Assembly: GCA_950097015.1 (NCBI GenBank)
Contig: CATNEN010000015.1
Location: 620,001-684,000 of the forward strand
Direction: 5' to 3'
Length of the DNA: 64,000 bases
Origin: Macrostomum hystrix
Taxonomy: Eukaryota; Animalia; Platyhelminthes
In this document: in pieces, positions 36,201-46,249 of the stretch
Numbering within the stretch: the stretch's first letter is position 1
Layout: each line of letters opens with the position of its first letter
Program-made: the position numbers and the translations under genes
Notes under the pieces: model-generated
Told to the model about the DNA's origin: nothing
Databases searched by the model: none
Seen by the model: only the letters and a program-made list of their open reading frames with translations

Positions 36201-39200
36201 GTCGACTCGGATCCGCCACCGAAGGGTGCCGAGTCGTCGCGACCTGCGTCCTCCAAATCTGGCTCCTCCGGAGAGCCGACAGCCGAGACTTCACTGCAGC
36301 CCGAAGCTTTGAAGTCGTCGGAGTCGTCAACACAGGACAGCGGGCAGCGTCGGGAGGCTGCGTTGCCGGGCAGCCAGCCTGACAGGCGGGCAGCGGCTCA
36401 CAGCAATGGCGGCAAATACGGCAGCAACAGCTGCTCCATTGGTGTGCGGCCACGAAGCATCCCGACCCACCCCATTGGCGCCATCAACCATCACCACCAG
36501 CCGCATTTCCAGCAGCAGCAGCAGCAACTTCACAGGCCCCTAGCAACCGTTGCTAATGGCGCTGCATCAGCCAACAGCCGGCACAATTATCAGCACTACC
36601 CGCAACATCACTATCAGCAGCAGCAGTTCTACAGCCAGCAGCAGCAGCAGCAGCAGAGACAGGTCCGCCAGACTCGCACTGTGGTCAGCTCGCACAGACA
36701 GCAGCAGCAGCAGCAGTTTCAGCAGCAAAGGCCTCCACAGCAGCAGCCGCAGTCCCACGCCTATAGCTTCGGCCGGACCAGAACCTTTGGACCGTCCGCT
36801 CCTGCCATCGCAAGCTCTGTGTATCAGCAGCAGCAGCTGCGTCAGCATCAGCAACGGCACCTGCAACAGCAGCAACACTTTCCACAGCATGGCTATCAGC
36901 ATCATCAAAATCAGAGACAGCGCCAGCAGCAGCAGCAGCAGCATCCGTCAGGCGGCAGCAACGGTGGAGCTCGGGAGGATATCGGTGAATTGCCTGCTTT
37001 TTTCGTGTCTTTTTTTTAAATAGTTAGTTTAAGCACCTGAGTGAGTGATTGTTAGCTCAGAGAGTCAGTCAGTGTGAGCATGTGAGAGTCAGTGTGAGCA
37101 GGGGAGAGAGTCTGTGTGAGCAGGTGAGAGAGTCAGTGTGAGCAGTTGAGAGAGTCAGTGTGAGCAGGTGAGAGTCAGTGTGAGCAGGTGAGAGAGTCAG
37201 TGTGAGCAGGTGAGAGAGTCAGTGTGAGCAGTTGAGAGAGTCAGTGTGAGCAGGTGAGAGAGTCAGTGTGAGCAGGTGAGAGAGTCAGTGTGAGCAGGTG
37301 AGAGAGTCAGTGTGAGCAGGTGAGAGAGTCAGTGTGAGCAGGTGAGAGAGTCAGTGTGAGCAGGTGAGAGAGTCAGTGTGAGCAGGTGAGAGAGTCAGTG
37401 TGAGCAGGGGAGAGAGTCAGTGTGAGCAGGTGAGAGAGTCAGTGTGAGCAGGTGAGAGAGTCAGTGTGAGCAGGTGAGAGAGTCAGTGTGAGTAGGGGAG
37501 AGAGTCAGTGTGAGCATGTGAGAGTCAGTGTGAGCAGGTGAGAGAGTCAGTGTGAGCAGGTGAGAGAGTCAGTGTGAGCAGGTGAGAGAGTCAGTGTGAG
37601 TAGGGGAGAGAGTCAGTGTGAGCATGTGAGAGTCAGTGTGAGCAGGTGAGAGAGTCAGTGTGAGCAGGTGAGAGAGTCAGTGTGAGTAGGGGAGAGAGTC
37701 AGTGTGAGCAGGTGAGAGTCAGTGTGAGTAGGTGAGAGTCAGTGTGAGCAGGTAGAGAGTCAGTGTGAGCAGGTGAGAGAGTCAGTGTGAGCAGGTGAGA
37801 GTCAGTGTGAGCAGTTGAGAGAGTCAGTGTGAGCAGGTGAGAGAGTCAGTGTGAGTAGGTGAGAGAGTCAGTGTGAGCAGGTGAGAGAGTCAGTGTGAGC
37901 AGGTGAGAGAGTCAGTGTGAGCAGGTGAGAGAGTCAGTGTGAGCAGGTGAGAGAGTCAGTGTGAGCAGGTGAGAGAGTCAGTGTGAGCAGGTGAGAGTCA
38001 GTGTGAGCAGGTGAGAGTCAGTGTGAGCAGGTGAGAGTCAGTGTGAGCAGGTGAGAGAGTCAGTGTGAGCAGGTGAGAGAGTCAGTGTGAGCAGGTGAGA
38101 GTCAGTGTGAGCAGGTGAGAGAGTCAGTGTGAGCAGGTGAGAGTCAGTGTGAGCAGGTGAGAGAGTCAGTGTGAGCAGGTGAGAGAGTCAGTGTGAGTAG
38201 GGGAGAGAGTCAGTGTGAGCATGTGAGAGTCAGTGTGAGCAGGTGAGAGAGTCAGTGTGAGCAGGTGAGAGAGTCAGTGTGAGTAGGGGAGAGAGTCAGT
38301 GTGAGCAGGTGAGAGAGTCAGTGTGAGTAGGGGAGAGAGTCTGTGTGAGCAGGTGAGAGAGTCAGTGTGAGTAGGGGAGAGAGTCAGTGTGAGCAGGTGA
38401 GAGAGTCAGTGTGAGTAGGGGAGAGAGTCAGTGTGAGCAGGTGAGAGAGTCAGTGTGAGCAGGTGAGAGAGTCAGTGTGAGCAGGTGAGAGAGTCAGTGT
38501 GAGCAGGTGAGAGAGTCAGTGTGAGCAGGTGAGAGAGTCAGTGTGAGCAGGTGAGAGAGTCAGTGTGAGCAGGTGAGAGAGTCAGTGTGAGCAGGTGAGA
38601 GAGTCAGTGTGAGCAGGGGAGAGAGTCAGTGTGAGCAGGTGAGAGAGTCAGTGTGAGCAGGTGAGAGAGTCAGTGTGAGTAGGGGAGAGAGTCAGTGTGA
38701 GCATGTGAGAGTCAGTGTGAGCAGGTGAGAGAGTCAGTGTGAGCAGGTGAGAGAGTCAGTGTGAGTAGGGGAGAGAGTCAGTGTGAGCAGGTGAGAGAGT
38801 CAGTGTGAGTAGGGGAGAGAGTCAGTGTGAGCAGGTGAGAGTCAGTGTGAGCAGGTGAGTAGCTTATCACTCCAACAAGCAATGCCTGACCCTCACCGCA
38901 GAGGAAGTGTTCAAGCCACGGCTGGGCAGCTGCGACGGTGAGGAGGTGGATCCGATAGTCGAGCAGTTCAAGAGGTGAGCCAACCAATTGCCTGCGATTC
39001 CTTTGCTTAATCATTCGTAGTTGAAAAGATTTCTGATTTCATGGCAACAGCTCTATAGCAGTCTAATTAGCTTGCGGATGTGCCTTGTTGCTATCGCAGG
39101 AGGGGGTGTATTAATTTTAGTCTTCTTATCTTTCTGCTGCTGCTGCTGCTGCTGCTGCCACATAGAGTCGGATGTCAGTTAGGATGAGTTTCTATTTCAA

Positions 39201-39353
39201 TTAACCCCGGATAGCTGTGTGTGCTGTATTCTATACCTAAATCCACTGTACCGATGTGACCTTCCCAGCTTCGTGATGAACGTCGAGGCGCCAAAGGAGA
39301 GGCAGAAGGTGCGGCTTGATATCAACTCGCTGGCGCTGAGCAAGAAGAAGTGA
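33289..39353 (+). CDS. FAM193: FAM193 family protein, ~1005 aa; join(33289..33732,34091..34598,35077..36984,38902..38974,39269..39353)
   Basis: All four introns are GT-AG and phase-consistent (3018 nt). Motifs CDCRVC, RDPGALYNALE, FCDCCYCEVFGH, REQLRQKLKRKK, DIDDLVKFIEG and C-terminal EEVFKP...VEQFKSF...RQKVRLDI match FAM193A/B. The 5' end may extend further upstream. Confidence 0.88.
33750..34040. repeat. 30-bp minisatellite TGTCAATCTCTACAGATCCTTAGAGAGAGC filling FAM193 intron 1
   Basis: About 9.5 near-perfect copies. Confidence 0.97.
34698..35003 (-). mobile_element. SINE family A, full-length copy with target-site duplication (FAM193 intron 2)
   Basis: A box, B-box-like motif and (TTA)n tail; TSD ATCCCAGGGTGT(A/T)GTAA at 34681-34697 and 35004-35020. 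Confidence 0.88.
37062..38860. repeat. 20/22-bp minisatellite GTCAGTGTGAGCAGGTGAGA(GA) filling FAM193 intron 3
   Basis: About 80 direct copies. Confidence 0.97.
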
Positions 39354-39520
39354 CGCTGGCCACTGCAGGCAAAGCCTCTCCCTGTACATAAGGAGGCCCT
39401 GTAAAACTTCACTGGCGCCGACATTCGCGTGTGAAAAAATCGGTTATTTTTTTCATTGGCTCTTGCTCTCAGTTGTTAGTGTTGTTTTTCTTTGAAACCA
39501 GATATTAAGGCTGCGTAGAG

Positions 39521-39526
39521 AATAAA
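39521..39526 (+). terminator. Candidate polyadenylation signal AATAAA for FAM193 (a second one lies near 40203)
   Basis: AATAAA about 170 nt after the stop codon. Confidence 0.4.
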
Positions 39527-40439
39527 CACGCTTCTTCTACTGCTAGTAATATTGTCTGACTTAATGAATCGCTATTTTAAATTCTTGTTGTCGGCTTGCC
39601 ATGTCCGGCACAGCACAACATTTGTTTATCTCTGTTGTTGTTATTTTGAATCCCAATGTCCTACTTGTAAGTAGCCGTGTTTGAATGTTGACTTAGAATT
39701 ACTATATATATATTACAGATTTGACATTTTTATATCGGCCAGTTACTGCAGCGTTGAATGTGTCTCCCATGCGCGCACTGTCTGTCCGTTTGTGTTTCCA
39801 CGTGGGTCCTCGCCGAACTTTTCCCATTGTTGAATCCTGCGAGCCTAGTTTGTCCATTGTTTTGGTCGGATTTCCTTTCCTTTTTTATCAGCTAATCATA
39901 CTACTGACTAACAGGCGTGAGTAGTGCGCACGGCATTCCATCACTAAAATGGGTTCACGTTTGTAATCTATAATTAAGTTAACTGCTAGCAGCGGCATTC
40001 GCATGCGATTGCGAGTTCGAATCCGGTTGACTTAACTGAATATTATTTTCGGCTCCCTTCCTTCTGCTCTGCTATCTGCCTCCAGTTCTGTTTTCCCCAG
40101 CTTTTTTCCTCTCGCTTGTTTGTGTCGGTTTTGTTAACTGTCGCTCGCTGCCGTGTCCTTTGTTGCATTATCATGCTGGATAATTATACAAATTTCAATT
40201 ATAAATAAATGGCTATTTGTGTGCGGCTGAGTGTGACTGTATAAAAAATATTTATTGAATTGTAAATTGGTTACATTTGTGTTTCGCCGTCCCAGCTTTG
40301 TTTAGTTGCTGGGCAAAGAATTTACCATAATCTAGCTTTAAAATCTTACTGGCCTTGGCCTGGCGTGTGTTGCCTTTTTGACCTTCATTCGAACTTTCGC
40401 GAGTAATTTTCTTATTGGCTACCATTGTCTTAAACAGTC

Positions 40440-41420
40440 ATCTCACAGGCATTGTCTCACAGGTATTCATCTCACGGGCATTGTCTCACAGGTAATCATC
40501 TCACAGGCACTGTCTCACAGGTAATCATCTCACAGGCACTGTCTCACAGGTAATCATCTCACAGGCATTGTCTCACAGGTAATCATCTCACGGGCCTTGT
40601 CTCATAGAAATCTTCATCTCACAGACATTGTCTCACTAGTATTAATCTCACCGGGATTGTCTCACAGGTAATCATCTCACAGGCACTGTCTCACAGGTAA
40701 TCATCTCACAGGCATTGTCTCATAGAAATCTTCATCTCACAGGCATTGTCTCACAGGTAATCATCTCACAGGCATTGTCTCACTAGTATTAATCTCACAG
40801 GCACTGTCTCACAGGTAATCATCTCACAGGCATTGTCTCACAGGTAATCATCTCACAGGCATTGTCTCATAGAAATCTTCATCTCACAGGCATTGTCTCA
40901 CAGGTAATCATCTCACAGGCACTGTCTCACAGGTAATCATCTCACAGGCACTGTCTCACAGGTAATCATCTCACAGGCATTGTCTCACAGGTAATCATCT
41001 CACAGGCATTGTCTCATAGGTAATCATCTCACGGGCATTGTCTCACAGGTAATCATCTCACAGGCACTGTCTCACAGGTAATCATCTCACAGGCATTGTC
41101 TCACAGGTAATCATCTCACAGGCATTGTCTCATAGGTAATCATCTCACGGGCATTGTCTCATAGGTAATCATCTTACGGGCATTGTCTCATAGGTAATCA
41201 TCTCACGGGCATTGTCTCACAGGTAATCATCTCACGGGCATTGTCTCACAGGTAATCATCTCACGGGCATTGTCTCACAGGTAATCATCTCACGGGCATT
41301 GTCTCATAGGTAATCATCTTACAGGCATTGTATCACAGGTAATCATCTCACAGGCATTGTATCACAGGTATTCATCTCACCGGGATTGTCTCACTGGTTA
41401 TTATCTCACAAGTGTTTCAC
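40440..41420. repeat. 29-bp minisatellite CATCTCACAGGCATTGTCTCACAGGTAAT
   Basis: About 33 copies; each unit is an internal dimer of TCTCACAGG. Confidence 0.95.
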
Positions 41421-41818
41421 AGGTAAACAGCTCAAGGTCATCTCGGAGGCGTTTCACAGGAGATTTTCTGTTCAAGCTCTGCTGTTGGGGTCAGCAATTC
41501 TTGCATACAGCCGTGCAGTTGGTTTCAGATTGAAAGGTGAGAGAACTTAGCAACTGCTGTGTGTCGCACCTGCTCGTGTTTCTATTTCTGTCGAGGCCGC
41601 AATCAGCATACTCAGCGCGGAGGTGACAACCGCGCCAGCATCCGCCCGCCTGTTCCCAAGGAAGAAGTTTCCCACGCGAACCGGTTGTAAATTATGCAGC
41701 TTATCTGTTATCAGATTGGCTGTTCATTGCGGCCCCTTCGAACACTATATTGCTGCGCTCACCTTGGTCAGCCCCACAACAGCCCGGCAGTTCGGCTTCC
41801 TCCCTCCAATCTCTAGTC

Positions 41819-42892
41819 ATGGCTCCTGTGCAGGCAGCCCAGCCGAAGCAGGCCTTCGTGGACACAAAGGACGACCTTCTACTGGACTGCCGCCTGAACC
41901 CGAACAGCGTCCAGTGCGGCCTGGCCACCTTGCTCGGCGTGATGTCCTCCTACGTCCTGCCCCTCATGCTCGGCCTCTGCCTGGCCAGCAACGGCATGGT
42001 GATCTACGTCTGCACCGCGCGGCTGCGCCTGGAGAGCCGCTTCAGCGTCTACCTGAGTGCCTTCTGCCTGTGCGACACCATCCAGTCGCTGACGTGGGGC
42101 CTCGTCTGGGTGTTCCCGGCCAGGGGCGTCCCGTTCATGACGCGAGGTCGCGCCGGCTTCCTGTTAATGAACGTCAGCGACACCGCCTGCAAGGCGGCCC
42201 GCTTCGTTCAGGCCTTCACCGCGGTCAGCGTCATTATCGTGCTGCTCGCCGGCGCCATCGACCGCTGCCTCACGTTGCACTGGCCATTGTGGATGCACCG
42301 ACTGACCCGCAACCACGCCATGGTGGCGGTGCTGGCCAGCCTGGCCTCAGCCATCCTGGTGTCCCTGCCAATGGTTGCCATCACTGGCCACCGCACCGTG
42401 CGCCTGCCGAGCTCCAACGCCTCCATTTTGTGCGGCATCAACTTCGAGCCCAAGTCGAACGCCTACTACATCAGCATGGTCTACCGCCTGCTCATAGCCG
42501 GCGACTCGTCCATCTTGTTCATCGCCCCGGCCCTGGCCGTGAACCTGCTGCTCAGTTGCCGCATCGCCAGCATTGCACGGCGGAGGCGGCGCATTGTGCA
42601 GCCGGGCGGCTGGTTGCAGCCCTGCCTAAGCCGCGAGGACATCTCCGCCTCTCTGTCCATCGTGCTCATCACCCTCGTGTACTTCCTGGCCTGCATTCCC
42701 AAGATCATCGGCATTCGGGGCCTGTACGATTCGATAGAGAACCCGCAGGAACAGGTCGAGACCCGGTTTCTCATCAACCTGCACGACATCAGCGACCTGC
42801 TGCTGCAGTTCACCGGCACAATAACTGTCATCATTGTGTTCCGCCAGATCAGGGTGTTCAGGGAGCACTTCAAGGCCATTCTCCGCTGCTGA
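41819..42892 (+). CDS. Intronless rhodopsin-family (class A) GPCR, 357 aa, orphan peptide-receptor-like
   Basis: Seven hydrophobic segments: TM1 ASN, TM2 LSAFCLCD, TM3 Cys and AIDRC (DRY variant), ECL2 Cys (ILCGINF), TM5 FIAP, TM6 YFLACIP. Strong GC3 bias. Confidence 0.9.
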   Translation: MAPVQAAQPKQAFVDTKDDLLLDCRLNPNSVQCGLATLLGVMSSYVLPLMLGLCLASNGMVIYVCTARLRLESRFSVYLSAFCLCDTIQSLTWGLVWVFPARGVPFMTRGRAGFLLMNVSDTACKAARFVQAFTAVSVIIVLLAGAIDRCLTLHWPLWMHRLTRNHAMVAVLASLASAILVSLPMVAITGHRTVRLPSSNASILCGINFEPKSNAYYISMVYRLLIAGDSSILFIAPALAVNLLLSCRIASIARRRRRIVQPGGWLQPCLSREDISASLSIVLITLVYFLACIPKIIGIRGLYDSIENPQEQVETRFLINLHDISDLLLQFTGTITVIIVFRQIRVFREHFKAILRC

Positions 42893-43206
42893 GCACCTTT
42901 TTTCTGTATAATAGTTTCACTGGGACATTGCATGCATGAACGTCCTCAACAGTTGAAATTTCATTCTGGTTCCTGCACTTTCCACTTCAGCTAATGAAAG
43001 CAAACTGACACTGATTTTCTTACTTCTGTGACTTTTCCTCGTACATGTACCTCTTTCTGTTGTTTCACAATTTGCTTTTAAAATATATGGGTATGTCCAA
43101 TTGATCTGAGACACGTGCTGACTGACTGACTGATAATTTACAGCTGAAGACCGATCAGCGATTACTTGTACGCTCGTATGTGCTGTCTGCATAAAAAGTA
43201 AAAGTA

Positions 43207-43521
43207 GAGGTTGTAGCCTAGTGGTTAGGGCGTCGGACTCACGAATTGAAGGTCGGGGGTTCGATTCCCGACTCCCCTGAACAATTTGTGTCCTTTAGCA
43301 AGACACTTAACTCTGCATTGCTTCAGTTCACCCAGCTGTTAAATGGGTACCAGCATCAGCTGGGATAATTGAAGGTGGGTGTGGCGTCCCCCCAGTCCAT
43401 GGACTGAACAGCTGTACGCAGCCTTCAGATGCGCCGCGCATTAGCTGCGGCTGTGCTGTCGGCTGCACATCTGACCCAATTGGGGCAGGTGTAATCAATT
43501 ATTAATTAATTATTATTAATA
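43207..43521 (+). mobile_element. tRNA-derived SINE family B with a CORE (MIR-like) central domain
   Basis: A box TAGCCTAGTGG (43214), B box GGTTCGATTCC (43258). GTGTCCTTTAGCAAGACACTTAACTCTGCATTGCTTCAGTTCACCCAGCTGTTAAATGGG resembles the CORE consensus as I recall it. AT-rich tail. Confidence 0.8.
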
Positions 43522-44463
43522 AGAAGTAAGATCTTGTGTTGTGAGCTGCGTCTTCGCAACACCCTTCGTGTGTCTTATTGTACCAATGCACATTTCCTGC
43601 ATTGACCAATCAGGTTTCGCGGGTCTGTCTCTTGGCTTAGTCGGGGTGGGCGTTGATTGGCTGACTTGCAGTCCTTCGTCTCTCTCTCCCGGCCGTAGTC
43701 TCTCAGTGTGCATGTATGCCCTGCCCCTGTCAGTCTTGCGAGGCTTCTAAACAGCCTCCTAAACCCGTGCTGATTGGCTCCTATACCCGGCTTTTCTGCT
43801 CTCCCCATCCACCCCAGCACACACTCGACTCTGCTTTAACTCGGACTGTCAGGTGGCGGCGCGCTTACAGATTGTTTATTGTTTAGTATTGTTTATTTCT
43901 CATTGCTAACAAGTCTAAAGTGTCTACAGCGAGTCAAGTCAGAATGAAACTGATTCAGAAGCCAGAGTATGCTGGCTCGTCAAGATGAGACTTTTCTGCC
44001 AAGCTAATTGGTGAAGTACACTGAAGTACACGAAAAGGTCGCCCAGCTCCCGTTTCGGTTCAAAAACACATTCATCCTTATGGCTTGCATCCGTTTTCAT
44101 GAGCCATAATTATGCAGAATAACGTAAGCAGACCATGGAGCCACTATACAATTAAGCAAATACGGACCGAGATGGCAAGGTGTCACAACAGCTAGCGACT
44201 ATTTGCTAGACAGCTAAGTCAAGTGGTCTCGTCAATGACTTCGAATTTTCCCTGAAAGCGCAATGTCTCAGAGCTAATCAAGTCACTTGAACCATTACCA
44301 GCTAAAGCCTAGCTAACTGGGGAGCTGTAAGGACTGCGTTTGGCTCATTTGTCGATGTTGACTCATTAGCTTACTACAGGCGGGACTTAGACAGTGAATT
44401 ATTTCAGACCATAAATGTGCCCTTGGTGTGTACCTTGCACTCTTCTCTGGCTCGTCTCCTTAT

Positions 44464-44470
44464 TATAAAA
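44464..44470 (+). promoter_or_regulatory. Candidate TATA box (TATAAAA) for the WSC gene
   Basis: Lies about 90 nt upstream of the ATG at 44557. Confidence 0.3.
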
Positions 44471-44556
44471 GCAGAAAAGGCAAAAAATCTTAATAAGTAC
44501 GAGAATAAATCCAGAATCGCCCTACGGTATCCAAGCAGCTGCTGAGATGCTACTGC

Positions 44557-44992
44557 ATGTTGGTTCTCAGCTGCCTGGTCGATGCGGCTCTGGGCCGCCA
44601 GTTCCAGCTGACAAGCCTGCAGGGATGCTTCTCCGATTTTATTGACAGCACGAGGGACCTCAGCGGACTGAAGGACTTCGGCTTCAACAGGCTTGCTGAT
44701 ATGAACTGACGCAGGGCACGCACGACTCCAAGTCGAACGTCTCTGTCTACCGCCTCGCGATGACGCACGAGCTCTGCGCCAGCGTCTGGGCGGGTTTCAG
44801 TTCGCTTCACTGCAGGCCACAGCGTGGTGCTTCTGCGACAACTCCTACGGCAGGCGGGGCAGCGCTGCCGGCGCGGACTGCATTAGCCAATGCGCTGGAA
44901 ACCCGACTCAGAACTGCGGAGCGCCCTTTCGAAACTTTGTGCTCAAGATAAACTACAACTCTAATCACAATGAGCAGTTTATGATTCCCTAA
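44557..44992 (+). pseudogene. Small secreted WSC-domain protein, interrupted by two -1 frameshifts (pseudogene or sequence error)
   Basis: Restoring one C at ~44706 and one at ~44798 gives signal-like MLVLSCLVDAALG...LQGCFSD...RDL...MTHELCASV...GFQFASLQATAWCFCDNSYG...CISQCAGNPTQNCGAPFRN, a WSC cysteine pattern. Confidence 0.75.
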
Positions 44993-45239
44993 TTTCGTAG
45001 AGTGTGTAGTTCGTTCGTGTAATTGTTGGATAAAGCTTGGAGCATGTTGGCATGAAACACCAGAGCTTTTATTTTCATGTTCTGTAAAGACTTACTTGAC
45101 TTGGCTGCAGGGCGGTCGAGGAGGAACGCAGCGAGAAGGCGATGTCGCCCATTGCGTGAAACCCTGAACGACCGACGCGCCGTCACGAGCGAGGAGCTTG
45201 CGTCGCTCAGAGAGGTCCCTCGGAGGTGCCAGTAGCTGA

Positions 45240-45445
45240 TTAAAATTTTTGGGTTTGCACGCTTTCTGGATGGATGTGTTCGGCCCGAGGTAAGTAAGTC
45301 TGCCCCCGAAAAGGCAGGACAGATGCTGACGAACTGTTCAGCGGTTTCGTCACCTGAGTTACAGAAGTAACATGTGGCGTTGGTGGCATTGCCCTGCCGA
45401 AATTTGTGCCTGGTGAAGCACCCATGTCCTGACAGGGTCATTGGT
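45240..45445 (-). mobile_element. 5'-truncated non-LTR retrotransposon (LINE) fragment, ORF2 C-terminal zinc knuckle
   Basis: LSGHGCF..H......CYFC..GDETAEQFVSICPAF matches the TGH...C..C...ET..H...CP motif at the end of LINE ORF2. Confidence 0.7.
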
Positions 45446-45559
45446 GGCCACACGGATGTCCCTTGGTGGGAGGCTCCGGAGATGGCGAGATGGCTGCGGA
45501 ACAGCGATTCCGGATTGCCTGCAGGTATGGCAGCTCGCGGCTCGGGGCTCTGGTCCCCC

Positions 45560-45920
45560 GAAGGATCCTGAGGCGCCGGCTTTCGCTAAGACACTGCCCT
45601 GGATTCACTCATCCCAAGGCACCTATTCTTGGGTACCCAAGCACCATATTGAGGTGCTTGACCTTTTGGCCATTTTCCATTTTACCACAGGCTTTGTCCT
45701 CGGCAACCGCACACTGGTCGTTATCAGCAAGCCGGTTGCGCCGGCCTTCCGGACTGTCAGCGCTTGTCGAGATCTAATCGAATGCTTGACCCTCTGCGGT
45801 GGCGGCTGCGAGGCGGTGATTTTCAACCGTGAGCAGGGCCTGTGTCACCTGCTTGAGTACGCATTAGTACCTGCTGCTCTCAGCAGCATCAGCAGCGGCG
45901 AGTACTTCGTCCGTGGCTGA
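45560..45920 (+). CDS. PAN/apple-domain-containing ORF or gene remnant (5' end unresolved)
   Basis: GFVLGNRTL...SACRDLIECLTLCGGGCEAVIFNREQGLCHLL has PAN cysteine spacing. Confidence 0.45.
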
Positions 45921-46249
45921 TCGATGAGCTCTAGACAAGCCTTTGAAGTGAGGCGACGGTTCACGATGAGACAAGAAAGCAAACAAACCCGCGTTGGCTG
46001 ATGAAATTAAAGATATTATAATGCGATTCATTGAATTTGAACAAAATATTAAAGGCACTTTAGCTGAAGTTTACAATGGTCAGTCTGCGTAGCATGCATA
46101 AAATGAATCAACCAGATAGCATAAAGTGCTAAAGTTTGCCATAAAAAGCGAATAACAGATTTGGTCGTTTGATTAACTGAGCATTATGGTCAGCTCCTCC
46201 GGATGTTCGAGACACCAGCGCCTAGAACCCGTCCGTGAAGGGGTAGAAA

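Noticed and set aside
41623-42939. 438-aa ORF overlapping the GPCR in another frame
   Set aside because: Typical shadow of strong GC3 bias; His/Arg/Pro-rich with no recognisable motifs and a GTG start.
43207-43278. Functional tRNA (apparent CAC anticodon)
   Set aside because: The acceptor, anticodon and T stems are mispaired and the sequence continues into a SINE body and tail.
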